Positions 1 through 10,332 of a DNA stretch of 64,000 nt are shown here, one piece after another. This DNA comes from Archaeoglobaceae archaeon. Its GTDB lineage: Archaea > Halobacteriota > Archaeoglobi > Archaeoglobales > Archaeoglobaceae. How positions within the stretch are numbered: the stretch's first letter is position 1; each line of letters starts with the position of its first letter. The notes below the pieces were generated by a model. It saw only the letters and a program-made list of their open reading frames with translations. It did no database searches and had not been told where the DNA came from. Where the stretch lies: NCBI GenBank assembly GCA_025058735.1, contig JANXDX010000003.1:69796-133795 (forward strand), read 5' to 3'. The translations under genes and the position numbers were made by a program.

Positions 1-972
1 ATAAATTGCTACGCTAGGAGGGGAATGAGCGTCAAAGAATACTACGAGGCTTTAGAGAAAGTTGCTGCTAAAAAACCAGAAATAGTTGTAGATGATGGAG
101 CAGATCTAATTTTTTTGCTACATGAAAAAAAAGAATATGCTAAAAATGTGAAAGGTGCAAGCGAGGAGACTACTACTGGTGTAAATAGACTTAGAGCTAT
201 GGAAAGAGAGGGAGTTTTGACCTTTCCAGTAATAGCTGTTAACGATGCTCTTACAAAGTTCCTTTTTGACAACAGATATGGAACTGGACAGTCTACAATC
301 GATGGAATATTGAGGGCTACGAACATCTTAATCGCTGGAAAAAAAGTTGTAGTGTCTGGCTATGGATGGTGTGGAAGGGGAATTGCTATTAGAGCAAGGG
401 GAATGGGAGCTAGAGTTGTAGTAACTGAGGTCGATGAGATAAGAGCTTTGGAAGCTTTAATGGATGGTTTTGATGTTATGAGTATCGACGATGCTGCAGA
501 AATTGGTGACATCTTTATAACTGCAACTGGAAACATAAACGTTATAAGGAAAGAACACTTTGAAAAGATGAAAAATGGAGCAATTTTAGCAAATGCAGGC
601 CATTTCAACGTAGAGATAGATGTCGCAACTTTGGAAAAAATATCGAAAAGTAAAAGGACTTTGAGAAACAATTTAGTTGAATACGATCTTGGAGAAAAGA
701 AACTCTACTTGCTAGCAGATGGTAGATTAGTCAACTTGGTAGCTGCGGAAGGTCATCCAATAGAAGTTATGGACATGAGCTTTTCAAACCAAGCTTTGGC
801 AGTAGAGTACATAGCTAAGAACTACAAAGAACTAAAACCAAAAGTTTACAGAATGCCAGAAGATCTTGATAGACTAGTTGCAAGGCTCAAACTTGAAACT
901 TTAGGAGTGAAGATAGATAAGTTGACTGAAGAGCAGATAAAGTATCTATCAGACTGGAGGTTTGGAACTTGA
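1..972 (+). CDS. ahcY: S-adenosyl-L-homocysteine hydrolase, 5'-truncated by the window edge
   Basis: Frame 1 is open from nt 1 (..[15 protein letters not shown]..). Motifs [24 protein letters not shown] and the NAD-fold GYGWCGRG fit AdoHcy hydrolase. Only about the C-terminal three quarters is present. Confidence 0.9.
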   Translation: MNCYARRGMSVKEYYEALEKVAAKKPEIVVDDGADLIFLLHEKKEYAKNVKGASEETTTGVNRLRAMEREGVLTFPVIAVNDALTKFLFDNRYGTGQSTIDGILRATNILIAGKKVVVSGYGWCGRGIAIRARGMGARVVVTEVDEIRALEALMDGFDVMSIDDAAEIGDIFITATGNINVIRKEHFEKMKNGAILANAGHFNVEIDVATLEKISKSKRTLRNNLVEYDLGEKKLYLLADGRLVNLVAAEGHPIEVMDMSFSNQALAVEYIAKNYKELKPKVYRMPEDLDRLVARLKLETLGVKIDKLTEEQIKYLSDWRFGT

Positions 973-1382
973 TCACCTGGATCTACAGACCTGTTAACAA
1001 CAGGTTAGCTAGGAGAAAGTGGATCTCAGTAGCTGCAGTACTTTTCTTTCTAGGTTTGATCTATACGTTCTACAAGACATATACAGGTTATCCGTTCGGC
1101 AGATCTATAATTGCACTCACGGTTTATACGCTTTTTTTGCTCCTCTACATTTTATTAGCATTGGGAAGGCCAAGAACTTACATATTGGAAAACAACACGG
1201 TTAAATACAAACCGTTTAAAGCAAAAATCAAAGAATATTCGGTAGATGAGAAAAATTTGGTGATAAAAATAAAAGGTAACTTCTTCATAAGAACTCTATA
1301 CTTTGAAAGGGATGAAGATCTAAGGGAAGTTTTAAGGTACTTGAGGAGGTTAAAAACTTTAAATCAGGTTAAAAGGTTGTAA
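969..1382 (+). CDS. Hypothetical small membrane protein (2 predicted TM helices plus a basic soluble tail)
   Basis: TTG start overlaps the ahcY stop. Two hydrophobic segments ([29 protein letters not shown]) are present. No family recognised. Confidence 0.35.
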   Translation: MITWIYRPVNNRLARRKWISVAAVLFFLGLIYTFYKTYTGYPFGRSIIALTVYTLFLLLYILLALGRPRTYILENNTVKYKPFKAKIKEYSVDEKNLVIKIKGNFFIRTLYFERDEDLREVLRYLRRLKTLNQVKRL

Positions 1383-2380
1383 AGTGTATCTCTTTGCTTA
1401 GGAATTCTTCCAGCTCTCACTATTATTTCTTTTATCTCTTCAGGAGTTAATTTCTCTCCACTTGTTGCTCCAGCAGCTTTTGATATGTTTTCCTCCATCA
1501 AGGTTCCACCAAGATCGTTTGCTCCAGTGTACAAAGCTGCTTGAGCAAGTTTAACTCCCAACTTCACCCAGGAAGCTTGTATATTTTTTATTTCTGGATA
1601 AAGCAAAATTCTAGAGATCGCAATTACTAAAAGGTCTTCAAAACCTGAACTTCCCTTAAATTTTTCACCAAGTTCATTATTTCTCCACATGAATGGAAGA
1701 GGAATAAATTCAGTAAATCCTTTAGTTTCTTGTTGAATCTTCTTTATTAGTAGGATGTGTTCTATTCTATCTTTCCAACTTTCAACGTGTCCGTACATCA
1801 TAGTAGCTGTAGTTGGTATCCCCAGCTTGTGAGCCGTTTTTACTATTTGAACCCATTCGTTCGTTTTCAATTTTTTTGGGCACGTTTTCATCCTTACATC
1901 ATCTACTAATATTTCAGCAGCAGTTCCTGGAATAGAATCTAAGCCTTCTTTTTTGAAAATTTTTAAAACTTCATCAACACTCATCTTACTATTTCTCGCT
2001 GCATGGTAAATTTCCATTGGAGAGAAGGCGTGTATATGTATTCTCTTTGAAACCTCTCTTACAGCTTCGAGTATTGAAACGTAAAGATCTACGTTAGCAT
2101 TTGGAAGCAAGCCACCTTGAATGCAAACTTCTGTACATCCAAATTCAACTGCCTCTTCAACTTTCTTCTTTATTTCTTCAAATGAAAGTATATACTGGCG
2201 TTTATTTCTAAAAGAGCAAAACTTGCAGTCGTTTATACATATGTCTGTGAAATTTATGTTTCTGTTTACAACGTAAGTAACTACATCTCCCACAACTTTC
2301 TTTCTCAGTTCATCTGCAATTTTCAACGTTTCAAATGGGTTCTTGAGTAGTTCATAAACTTCTAGCATAACCATCAGCAT
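1364..2380 (-). CDS. cofH: FO synthase subunit 2 (7,8-didemethyl-8-hydroxy-5-deazariboflavin synthase CofH), radical SAM
   Basis: Radical-SAM motif CINDCKFCSF is present and the gene sits immediately downstream of, and overlapping, cofG. Length and C-terminal ...GANDLGGT... are typical of CofH/MqnC-type enzymes. Confidence 0.8.
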   Translation of the reverse strand: MLMVMLEVYELLKNPFETLKIADELRKKVVGDVVTYVVNRNINFTDICINDCKFCSFRNKRQYILSFEEIKKKVEEAVEFGCTEVCIQGGLLPNANVDLYVSILEAVREVSKRIHIHAFSPMEIYHAARNSKMSVDEVLKIFKKEGLDSIPGTAAEILVDDVRMKTCPKKLKTNEWVQIVKTAHKLGIPTTATMMYGHVESWKDRIEHILLIKKIQQETKGFTEFIPLPFMWRNNELGEKFKGSSGFEDLLVIAISRILLYPEIKNIQASWVKLGVKLAQAALYTGANDLGGTLMEENISKAAGATSGEKLTPEEIKEIIVRAGRIPKQRDTLYNLLT

Positions 2381-3320
2381 TTGAGTATTTTTCTATCAGC
2401 CCTCCTACAATTTCACTGTACCATTTAAGCTTTACGAATTTTGGATAGATTGGTAACCTTTCCATGAAAACAAAATCTTTCAATTTTGAAACAATCAAAT
2501 CTATAGATGGCCAAGGGGCTTCTGGATTTATGTAATCTGGAGTAACATCCGAAATTCCTCCAACGTCATTCGCTCCAGCTCTCAAAAAAATTTCTAAATC
2601 TTTTACAAGGTTTGGTGGGACTTGTATTGCAACGTCTTTTGGCAAAATTTTTCTTGCAAATTTGACAACATCTACCATCTCTTCCTCACTTACAGGTTTC
2701 CAGTTCTCCATCTTTGTACCTTTCTTCGGCATGAAGTTCTGAATTATAACTTCCTGAATGTGCCCGTAGTTTTTGTGAATTTCTAGAATAACCTCGATCG
2801 AGTACTCTCTATCGTAAGTTTTCTCCCCTATTCCGATCAATATACCTGTAGTAAAAGGTATCTGCAATTTTCCCGCACATCTTATAGTGTTTATCCTAAG
2901 TTCTGGTCTTTTTCCTGGACTTTCAGCATGACATTCAAGTTCAACAGCTTGCTCAAGCATTAGGCCCATGCTAGCGTTGAAAGGTTTCAGTTTTTTCAGC
3001 TCTTCCTTACTAAGGACTCCTGCATTTGTATGTGGAAGGAGACCATTTTTTATAGCCAAAAAGTTCATATCTACGATATAATCTAAAAAATTTTTATAGC
3101 CAAGTTTTCTCAGTTCTTTTTTGAAATCATCTCTTAAATCTGGTTTCTCACCAAAAGTAAATAAAGCTTCTTTAGCATTTCTTGCAGTTCTTAGCAATTT
3201 TTCAACTTCTTCTGGCTTCATGAGATTGAGTTCATCGGTTCTAAAACAACAATAAGCACACCTGTTTCTACAGTTTCTTGTCAGTGGTACAAACACGTTT
3301 CTAGAGTAAGTCACTATCAT
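2352..3320 (-). CDS. cofG: FO synthase subunit 1 (CofG), radical SAM
   Basis: N-terminal TRNCRNRCAYCCF cluster motif, ...GANDVGG... and pairing with cofH. Confidence 0.8.
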   Translation of the reverse strand: MIVTYSRNVFVPLTRNCRNRCAYCCFRTDELNLMKPEEVEKLLRTARNAKEALFTFGEKPDLRDDFKKELRKLGYKNFLDYIVDMNFLAIKNGLLPHTNAGVLSKEELKKLKPFNASMGLMLEQAVELECHAESPGKRPELRINTIRCAGKLQIPFTTGILIGIGEKTYDREYSIEVILEIHKNYGHIQEVIIQNFMPKKGTKMENWKPVSEEEMVDVVKFARKILPKDVAIQVPPNLVKDLEIFLRAGANDVGGISDVTPDYINPEAPWPSIDLIVSKLKDFVFMERLPIYPKFVKLKWYSEIVGGLIEKYSNADGYARSL

Positions 3321-3421
3321 CTAATAGATGGAAAACTTTCTCGATATAAGTTCAACGAAGGATGTTGACAAAAATAATAAATATATAAATTGTTTTAAAA
3401 TTTTGCTCTTGTTTGGACTTT

Positions 3422-5869
3422 TCAAAACTTTGATTTGAATTTGCTGAAGAACTTCTCAGTCTCAACGATTAAGAAGACTAGAAAAGTTATTGTAAAAACT
3501 TCAAGCCATTCGAAAACTGTTAAAGGCTCTAGATCTAAAATTCTATAGTTTGTAACTGTAAATTGAATTAAGATTGTTAGAAATATTCCAAGAATAGCAA
3601 ATTTGTTCCTAAAACCTACCTCAAAAAAGCTTTTATCGACGTAAGGTGTTAAGAGGTACCAAACTCCAACAGCTACTACTGAGTTTACTGCGGAAGACAT
3701 CTTTCCAGTTTTCATGAACAAGTAGTATGCAAAAATTACAGTCAAAATCGATATGTAAGCTATCCTCACATATATCCTCTTGTTTATGATCTCTTCCCTA
3801 GTCGGCTTCAAATTTAAAAGTCCATCCTCTTTTTTCTCTAAAACTATCATCATTCCGAGGAGTGCAGCAGTTACGGTGTTTATCCAAAGTACATGTATCG
3901 GTTTCATAGGCATGGATATTCCCAAAAGAAAAGCTGAGAGAACTATTAGACCTTGACCACCGTTCGTTGGAAGTATCCAAGCTATAAATCTTTGAATTTT
4001 TCTAAAAACATCTCTTCCAATTTCCACAGCTTTCACAATTGTTGAGAAGCTGTCGTCCAATAAGATAACATCTGCTGCTTCTTTTGCAACTTCACTTCCA
4101 CTTCCCATCGCTACACCTATTTCAGCCTGTTTTAACGCTGGAGCATCGTTTACTCCATCACCAGTAACTGCTACAATTTCACCATTCTTTTGTAGAGCTT
4201 TTACAATTTCGAGTTTCTGTTCTGGGTAAATTCTTGCAAATATTCTGTATTTTTTGACATCTTCATCTAAATTACTGATACTTCTGCCATCTATTACATC
4301 TCCATCTATTCCAGCTTGCTTTGCTATCGTTAAAGCTGTAGCTGGATGATCACCGGTTATCATGTAAACTTTTATTCCAGCTTTTTTGCAACTTTCAATA
4401 CTGTCTTTCACATCTTCTCTAACAGGATCTATTAGACATTGCAATCCTAAATATTCTAGCCCTTCTAGTTTAAAAAATTCGAATTTTTCAACTTTTTTCC
4501 AAGCAAAAGCTAAGATTCTCATCCCCATTTTAGCATATTTTTCTGAATCGATTTTGATGTTGCACATCTTTTCAACAACTTCCGGAGCACCTTTAACAAC
4601 TACTAAATTTCCAAAACTTGTTTTTGCAGCTACAGCCATGAACTTCTTTTTTGAATCGAAAGGAATCTCATCTACAATTTCAAAATCTTCAAAGATACCT
4701 TTTGCTATTGCTATCTCCAGTAGAGCTATCTCTGTCGGATCGCCCATACAAACTCCACCTTCACACGTAGCTCTGTTGCATATGTACCCTGCTAAAATTA
4801 GATTTCTCAATTCATCGTTCAGCTCAGCATCAGAATCGTATTCACCGCTTTTAGTTACAAGCTTTACAACTTTCATCTTGTTCTGTGTTAAAGTCCCAGT
4901 TTTATCTGTACATATCGCAGTCACACCTCCTAAAGTTTCAGTAGCTGCGAGAGATTTTACTAGAGCGTTGTTTCTAGCCATCTCTTTGACTCCGAAAGCT
5001 AAAGATAGAGTTACGACTGCTGGTAATATTTCTGGGATCACCGCTACAGCGAAGCTCAAAGCTGCTAAAAGAACGTATACAGAATCGTATCCTCTATAAA
5101 TTCCTAGAATGAGGACTAAGGTTGAGATCGCTATTATTCCAAAAGAGAGCTGTTTTGCTAGAGTTTTCATTTTAGCTATCAATGGAGCTTGAACTACAAC
5201 TTGTTCAATACTTTTACTGATCTTACCCAATTCAGTTTTCTCTCCAGTAGAAACTACTACAGCTTTTCCCCATCCTGTTGTTACAACAGTTCCAGCGTAG
5301 AGCATGCAAGTTCTATCAGCTACTAATGTCTTCTCATCAACCTTCTCAGGTGTTTTGTAAACTGGAAAAGATTCTCCGGTAAGAATAGATTCATCTACGT
5401 AAAGTTCTTTTGATTCAAAGAGTCTTGCATCTGCAGGAATTTTCATACCAGCTTCAACAACTATTACATCTCCCGGAACTATCTGCTTTGAATCAACTTC
5501 TACGATCTTGTTGTTGATGAGAACGAGAGCTTTGGGTATCAGGAATTTCCTAAGCTCTCTCATTATGTTTTCAGCTTTCCACTCCTGCATGAAACTAACA
5601 AAAATGCTTAGAAGGACTATTATCAATACAACTACAGCTTCAGCTAAGTGATCTATGTAAAGGAAGATCAAAGTTGAAAAGAGGAGAACCAATATAACAG
5701 GATTTTTAATTTGTGATAGAAATATTTGTATTAAACTTTTTTCTTTTATTTTTATTTCGTTTACTCCAAACTTTTCAAGTCTTTTTTTTCTTTCTTTTTC
5801 ATCTAAACCGGTTGGTTTAGTTTCCAAAATTTTAAAAACCTCTTCAGCATTTAAAGCCCACCAATTCAT
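3422..5869 (-). CDS. P-type cation-transporting ATPase (P2-type, Ca2+/cation pump-like)
   Basis: TGES actuator motif, phosphorylation site CTDKTGTLT, MITGDHPATA and hinge TGDGVNDAPAL are present, with about 10 hydrophobic segments. Confidence 0.9.
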   Translation of the reverse strand: MNWWALNAEEVFKILETKPTGLDEKERKKRLEKFGVNEIKIKEKSLIQIFLSQIKNPVILVLLFSTLIFLYIDHLAEAVVVLIIVLLSIFVSFMQEWKAENIMRELRKFLIPKALVLINNKIVEVDSKQIVPGDVIVVEAGMKIPADARLFESKELYVDESILTGESFPVYKTPEKVDEKTLVADRTCMLYAGTVVTTGWGKAVVVSTGEKTELGKISKSIEQVVVQAPLIAKMKTLAKQLSFGIIAISTLVLILGIYRGYDSVYVLLAALSFAVAVIPEILPAVVTLSLAFGVKEMARNNALVKSLAATETLGGVTAICTDKTGTLTQNKMKVVKLVTKSGEYDSDAELNDELRNLILAGYICNRATCEGGVCMGDPTEIALLEIAIAKGIFEDFEIVDEIPFDSKKKFMAVAAKTSFGNLVVVKGAPEVVEKMCNIKIDSEKYAKMGMRILAFAWKKVEKFEFFKLEGLEYLGLQCLIDPVREDVKDSIESCKKAGIKVYMITGDHPATALTIAKQAGIDGDVIDGRSISNLDEDVKKYRIFARIYPEQKLEIVKALQKNGEIVAVTGDGVNDAPALKQAEIGVAMGSGSEVAKEAADVILLDDSFSTIVKAVEIGRDVFRKIQRFIAWILPTNGGQGLIVLSAFLLGISMPMKPIHVLWINTVTAALLGMMIVLEKKEDGLLNLKPTREEIINKRIYVRIAYISILTVIFAYYLFMKTGKMSSAVNSVVAVGVWYLLTPYVDKSFFEVGFRNKFAILGIFLTILIQFTVTNYRILDLEPLTVFEWLEVFTITFLVFLIVETEKFFSKFKSKF

Positions 5870-5936
5870 GAAAACTTTTTTTGAAGAAGCTTAAATATTT
5901 TTTGGTTTAAATTTATATTCTCGGGAAGACTTTCAG

Positions 5937-6803
5937 ATGATAAACGAGGAAAGAATTGAAAAATTGGCAAAAATAATAAAAAATTTAAAATATAATCCAA
6001 TAAAATTTGATAATCCAGAACTCTTTCCTGAAGTAGACGACTACATCTATCCGAACTACGTGTTCTTCGTAGTTTCAATAGATCATAGAACAGGATTCGA
6101 TGTTGATTGGAAGTACAGGGGATCTGATCTACTTTTTTATCTAGCTAGAAGAAAACAAATTTCTTGTCCAGATTTTTTCACAGCTAAAAATCTTTTAAAC
6201 ATAAACGAGATAGATGTTTCAGAAATATTTACTTTTTCAGGAAAAACTATAAAAAATCCTGCAGAGAGGGCTTTTTTGCTTAGGGATTGTGCTAAAAAGT
6301 TACTTGAAATGTACTCCGGAGACATCTTAGTTTTGTTTAGAAGATCAAATTTTGAAGTGGGTGAAATTCTAAAAAGGCTAGAAAACTTTAGAGCTTACGA
6401 AGATCCTTTAAAGAAAAAAAGCTATCTACTTCTAAAAATACTCAAAAGAAGTGGCTTTAATTTTAAAGGAAATCTAAAGTTTCCAGTAGATAACGTTTTA
6501 GTCAAGGTTGCGTTGAGTTCAGGTATCTTAGAATTGAAAGGAGAAATAGCGGAAAAAATCTATTCTGGTAAAATTTTAAATTTAGATGAAACTAATTTCT
6601 TGAGAGAAAAGACTTCTGAGGCTTTAGAAATTCTTTCAAAAAAATCAGAAATTGATGCAGATGTTCTTGATGATCTGCTTTGGAATTATGGAAGAGGGTC
6701 AAACTTAGACGACAGGGTTGACAAAAAATATTTGAAAAGTTTTTTAGATTTCATAAACCAGCGCGAGGTAAAGCTAAATTTTTTAAATTCTTGGTTTTTC
6801 TAA
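5937..6803 (+). CDS. DUF2419/QNG1-like protein (queuosine-salvage N-glycosylase family homologue)
   Basis: By-eye collinear similarity to the eukaryotic DUF2419/QNG1 family: NYVFFVVSIDHRTGF, NPAERAFLLRDCAKKLLEMYSG, ENFRAYED..KKKSYLLLKIL, KFPVDNVLVKVALSSGIL, DDLLWNYGR. Confidence 0.5.
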   Translation: MINEERIEKLAKIIKNLKYNPIKFDNPELFPEVDDYIYPNYVFFVVSIDHRTGFDVDWKYRGSDLLFYLARRKQISCPDFFTAKNLLNINEIDVSEIFTFSGKTIKNPAERAFLLRDCAKKLLEMYSGDILVLFRRSNFEVGEILKRLENFRAYEDPLKKKSYLLLKILKRSGFNFKGNLKFPVDNVLVKVALSSGILELKGEIAEKIYSGKILNLDETNFLREKTSEALEILSKKSEIDADVLDDLLWNYGRGSNLDDRVDKKYLKSFLDFINQREVKLNFLNSWFF

Positions 6804-7013
6804 TCTTTTCAGGAGATCCATCTTTTCTATTATAATTTTCTCCAATCTTTCAGCATTCTCTAAGACTTCAAAAACCCCAAACTCTTCTAGCTCTTTTTTC
6901 CAGTCTCTGTAAGATTCTACAAAGTCTCTAATGTAGTATATCATACTCCTTACATCACCGAAAGCTTCGTTTAAAAGTCCAAGAACTAGTAAAGCTTTCG
7001 TCTCTTTATCCAT
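6783..7013 (-). CDS. Hypothetical 76-aa helical protein, translationally coupled to cdhB
   Basis: Its ATG lies 8 nt inside the cdhB 3' end. Charged helical composition. No family recognised. Confidence 0.35.
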   Translation of the reverse strand: MDKETKALLVLGLLNEAFGDVRSMIYYIRDFVESYRDWKKELEEFGVFEVLENAERLEKIIIEKMDLLKRLEKPRI

Positions 7014-7554
7014 ATTCTTTTAAAACCTCTTCAAGCATCGAGTAGTACATCTCTTTATCTTTTGTAAGATTTGTAAAACTAAAGTTTGCATGTGGATGAT
7101 AGAATTCTTCAATCGCTATCGTTGTTACATCTGAAAAATGCTTTAGAGCAGATAGCATCCTTGAAAGGTAGTAAGGTATGAAACCTAAGAATATAACGAC
7201 ATCATATTTACCTTTCCCATCGAACCCTTTAAACTCATCATCTAACAAAAATTGAGTTATCTGATGTAGTGTGTAAGTTTTGCAAACAGGTTTAACACCT
7301 TTTTCGATCAAAACCTTACTAGATCCAGCAGTAGCAGCTATCTGAATTCCTTTCTCTGCAAACTTTCTAGCTATCTCTACCAATTTCTCATCTTTCAGCA
7401 ATTGTCCCCCAGTTATTAAAAGTGGTCTTTTTGCCTTCTTTATGATGTTGGCTATCACTTTTGGCTTTGCAGCAACAGCCTCTCTACTAACTTGAATATC
7501 TGCTACGCTGTATCTTCTAGCTGTAGGGAAATGTTCCACGGCCACAAGGATCAC
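7006..7554 (-). CDS. cdhB: Acetyl-CoA decarbonylase/synthase (CODH/ACS) epsilon subunit
   Basis: About 180 aa. GTG start overlaps the cdhA stop (GTGA). The Rossmann-like KRPLLITGG segment and position directly after cdhA are typical. Confidence 0.8.
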   Translation of the reverse strand: MILVAVEHFPTARRYSVADIQVSREAVAAKPKVIANIIKKAKRPLLITGGQLLKDEKLVEIARKFAEKGIQIAATAGSSKVLIEKGVKPVCKTYTLHQITQFLLDDEFKGFDGKGKYDVVIFLGFIPYYLSRMLSALKHFSDVTTIAIEEFYHPHANFSFTNLTKDKEMYYSMLEEVLKEYG

Positions 7555-9947
7555 CTCACGTACTTTTCATAAACTTCTTCAACTATCGTAGGATTGAACC
7601 CTGCATCGTAACTCCTAATCGGTCCTTCCAAGATCTTCCTTCTATTCCAATCAATTTTCCATCCGTGTACCTCTTCCAGGACCTTTAAAAGTTCTTCTCT
7701 CATCTTCAATGGCAGATCGCTTTCAGTTCTGACGTATAGATGCCAATCATCTGGAAGATCTCCGTAGTATTTCTTGTGCAATTCTATGTAATGCGTCAAC
7801 TTTATCTGTCTTCCCTGGGCTGTGTCGTTCGGTCTTATGCACAATCTTGCCAACTGAACTATCGCCTCCTCCTTAGTTTCTACTGCAACTAGAAGACAAT
7901 CTGGAGCTGGTTCAATGAAAACTTTTTGCCTACTCTTTATGTCATAAACCCACCACTTCTCCCTCTTCCAAGGTTTACCTATGTAGGCTCTTCTATACTT
8001 TACTCCGTGCGGCCCAACTACCACTGGAACTCCTAGCCTGTTAAAACCTGTCGCAATACTTGCAGCTTTGTGACTGTAAGGTCCCCAGCTGAATCCAACT
8101 GCTCCAACTCTGTTCAATATGTAGTCGGCAATTTCAGCATAGTTTCCTCTCAATTTTCTCTGAGCAAATATGTTTGCAATCTTTATCGCAGCTCCAGCTA
8201 TGTGAGAATTTGCAACACAGCTTCCAACGTTGACTAAGCCTCCAGCATCAAAAAGACCTGGGTATTTTTCGTAGAGTGTCAATCCTTCTTCATCCTTTAT
8301 CATTCCAATTTCCATCGCATGACAGCCAGAGGTGACAACTATGAACTTCCTTCTCAAAAATTCTTCCAAGATCTCTCTTATAGATTTCATCTCATCCGGA
8401 AAGTTTATACAACCTACAGCAGCGATAACTCCAGGTATTTGTCCAAAAACTATTGGTTGACCTACTTTTCTTATCTCAGTATCTTGTATAGGCCCTCTTC
8501 CAACTCTAGTTCTTCCAGTTTTGTTGTAGAGCTTTTCAAAGTTTGCAAACATTATTGCATTTATTATCTTTATGTTTTTAGGACAAACCTGCTCACATTT
8601 ACCGCAGGCTAAACATTGCTCCTCTAAAGAGGCAAGCTTTCTAATTTCTCCTCTTTTAGCAGCAGCCATTCCAAGATCAACCCTTAAATTGTGTGGACAT
8701 GCAAATACGCAGTTCATGCACTGGGTACATTTAGATACTTCAGCTCTAAATTCATCATCACTTGCAAAAAAGCGATACTTTCTATTTTTACCGTTTTTGT
8801 TGAAAATGGCTTCAGCTACGATAGGTGCAACGATCCCAACCTTCTCCGGATCAGATAGAAAAACTCCTGGAAGTTTTCCGCTGATCAAACTTTCTACTAT
8901 CTTTTCAACGCTCCAATCGTTCGCATCTGGTAAACCTCTAGCTGCCGCATCGCTTGTAGCGATCAAAGGAATGCCAAGTTTCTTGCAAGCTTCTAAAAGA
9001 TCTGCCCTTATACACTGTTCATCACTCACAACTACGTCAGGTATTCCTGCCCTGATAACTCTGAGCTGATAACTTATTGGTCCAAATATCTTAGCTTTTG
9101 AATTTGTTCTTACAATGTCGTGTGCAGTACAGCAAAGGCCTGCTATTTCAAAAGCATCTATTTTTCCCTGTTTTTCTAAAACTTCAACTATTGGCCTAGA
9201 ATACATAACGTTGTGACCAACTACAACGATCACAGGTTTAGATCTATCTATTATCCCAAAACCAGTTGGAACAAGTGGAGTGTTTGGTTCTGCTTTTGGA
9301 AAGTTGAAAGCGACGATCTGAGCTATATCAGCGACTTCCATTCCAACATGGTCCGCCATGCTAACGTGCATAGATTTGCTCTCGTAGTCTATGTAGCTTT
9401 CCTCGTTCCCTATGTGAGTAGAATGCAGAACTTTAACTATCTCTTTCTCTACCCATTCAAGGGCTTTCCTCAGATCTCCAAGAGTTTTTGGTTCGATTCC
9501 GATTACAGTTTTAATTATAGGTGCTTTGATGTTCACTTCACCTCCAAGGTCGATCGGAAAATCTTCACCAAGCTGTTCGATCAGATGATCTACTATATGT
9601 CTAGCATGAGCCGTGTGAGATGCTGAACCGATGCAGCAAGCTATCGTTACAAGTCTTGCTTTTGCAGTTCTAAGATCTATACCACAAGCACCTTTCTTAT
9701 TGAAAGAAAGATCACACGGACCCATAGTGCACAAGTTACAAAAATCTTGCACTGGAGCGTAGAAAGGTTCATAACGTTCAAGAAGTTTATGGTCCCACTT
9801 TCTTAATTCTAAAATTCCAGGCTTTGGAGTAGGACCAACTTCTTCCAAAATTTCTTCTTCTTCAATTTCTTTAATTCTTATGCTGACATTCCTAAGTTCA
9901 TCAACAAACACACCCTTTCCGATCTCAAACATATTGCCACCTATCAA
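7551..9947 (-). CDS. cdhA: Acetyl-CoA decarbonylase/synthase alpha subunit (Ni-CO dehydrogenase catalytic subunit)
   Basis: About 800 aa. N-terminal Cys cluster CNLCTMGPCDL and an inserted 2x[4Fe-4S] ferredoxin domain (CTQCMNCVFACP, CLACGKCEQVCP) are typical of archaeal CdhA. Confidence 0.9.
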   Translation of the reverse strand: MIGGNMFEIGKGVFVDELRNVSIRIKEIEEEEILEEVGPTPKPGILELRKWDHKLLERYEPFYAPVQDFCNLCTMGPCDLSFNKKGACGIDLRTAKARLVTIACCIGSASHTAHARHIVDHLIEQLGEDFPIDLGGEVNIKAPIIKTVIGIEPKTLGDLRKALEWVEKEIVKVLHSTHIGNEESYIDYESKSMHVSMADHVGMEVADIAQIVAFNFPKAEPNTPLVPTGFGIIDRSKPVIVVVGHNVMYSRPIVEVLEKQGKIDAFEIAGLCCTAHDIVRTNSKAKIFGPISYQLRVIRAGIPDVVVSDEQCIRADLLEACKKLGIPLIATSDAAARGLPDANDWSVEKIVESLISGKLPGVFLSDPEKVGIVAPIVAEAIFNKNGKNRKYRFFASDDEFRAEVSKCTQCMNCVFACPHNLRVDLGMAAAKRGEIRKLASLEEQCLACGKCEQVCPKNIKIINAIMFANFEKLYNKTGRTRVGRGPIQDTEIRKVGQPIVFGQIPGVIAAVGCINFPDEMKSIREILEEFLRRKFIVVTSGCHAMEIGMIKDEEGLTLYEKYPGLFDAGGLVNVGSCVANSHIAGAAIKIANIFAQRKLRGNYAEIADYILNRVGAVGFSWGPYSHKAASIATGFNRLGVPVVVGPHGVKYRRAYIGKPWKREKWWVYDIKSRQKVFIEPAPDCLLVAVETKEEAIVQLARLCIRPNDTAQGRQIKLTHYIELHKKYYGDLPDDWHLYVRTESDLPLKMREELLKVLEEVHGWKIDWNRRKILEGPIRSYDAGFNPTIVEEVYEKYVR

Positions 9948-10332
9948 ATTGGTTAAATTTATAACTTATAAAGATTTTGAGGTTTTTATCTTATAGTACT
10001 TTCAGAATAACTTCGATCTTTATATAAAATAAAATTTTATTTAAAAATTTAATTTTTTATTAAATATTTTAATAAATAATAATGATAACAAAGTCTTAGC
10101 AGTACATATGACTTTTTCTCTACTGAATCATCACTACCGTCAATATTACAAATGATGATTGTTAACTTTTATTTGGTTTAACGACCAGTTCGACTAAGTT
10201 ACAACTGCGAAGGTATACTACCAAAGAGTATATATAATGAATTATTGCAAGATCGCAGTCTTCGGCTCCAAGATGCAGAGTTCCTACGTAAGGCCCGCAA
10301 CAGTTTGTTACTTTAAAAAGTAGTTATTGGTT

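Noticed and set aside
15-27. AGGAGG followed by the ATG at 25, as a genuine start of a 315-aa AdoHcy hydrolase
   Set aside because: The frame is open to nt 1, and the upstream residues (..NCYARRG..) continue the AdoHcy hydrolase alignment. Full-length enzymes have about 100 more N-terminal residues, so the gene is cut by the window edge.
4386-5099. 237-aa plus-strand ORF, and similar long antisense ORFs (8572-9069, 31214-31708, 35270-35779, 45226-45693, 54031-54510, 60552-61010, 63046-63459)
   Set aside because: All lie antisense to (or, for 54031-54510, across the junction of) strongly supported genes such as the P-type ATPase, cdhA, gyrA, cdc48, the Fe-S protein, HMGCS, MIPS and FlaJ. They have low-complexity Ser/Leu/Phe-rich translations and no recognisable motifs. 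They are shadow ORFs typical of AT-rich coding DNA.
10126-10160. Two TGATGA-type boxes (AATCATCA ... TGATGATT) upstream of cdhA as a possible C/D sRNA
   Set aside because: The boxes are on opposite strands and form an 8-bp inverted repeat, and there is no CTGA D box at the required 12-nt spacing on either strand. More likely it is a hairpin or operator in the acd-cdhA spacer, or chance in AT-rich DNA.
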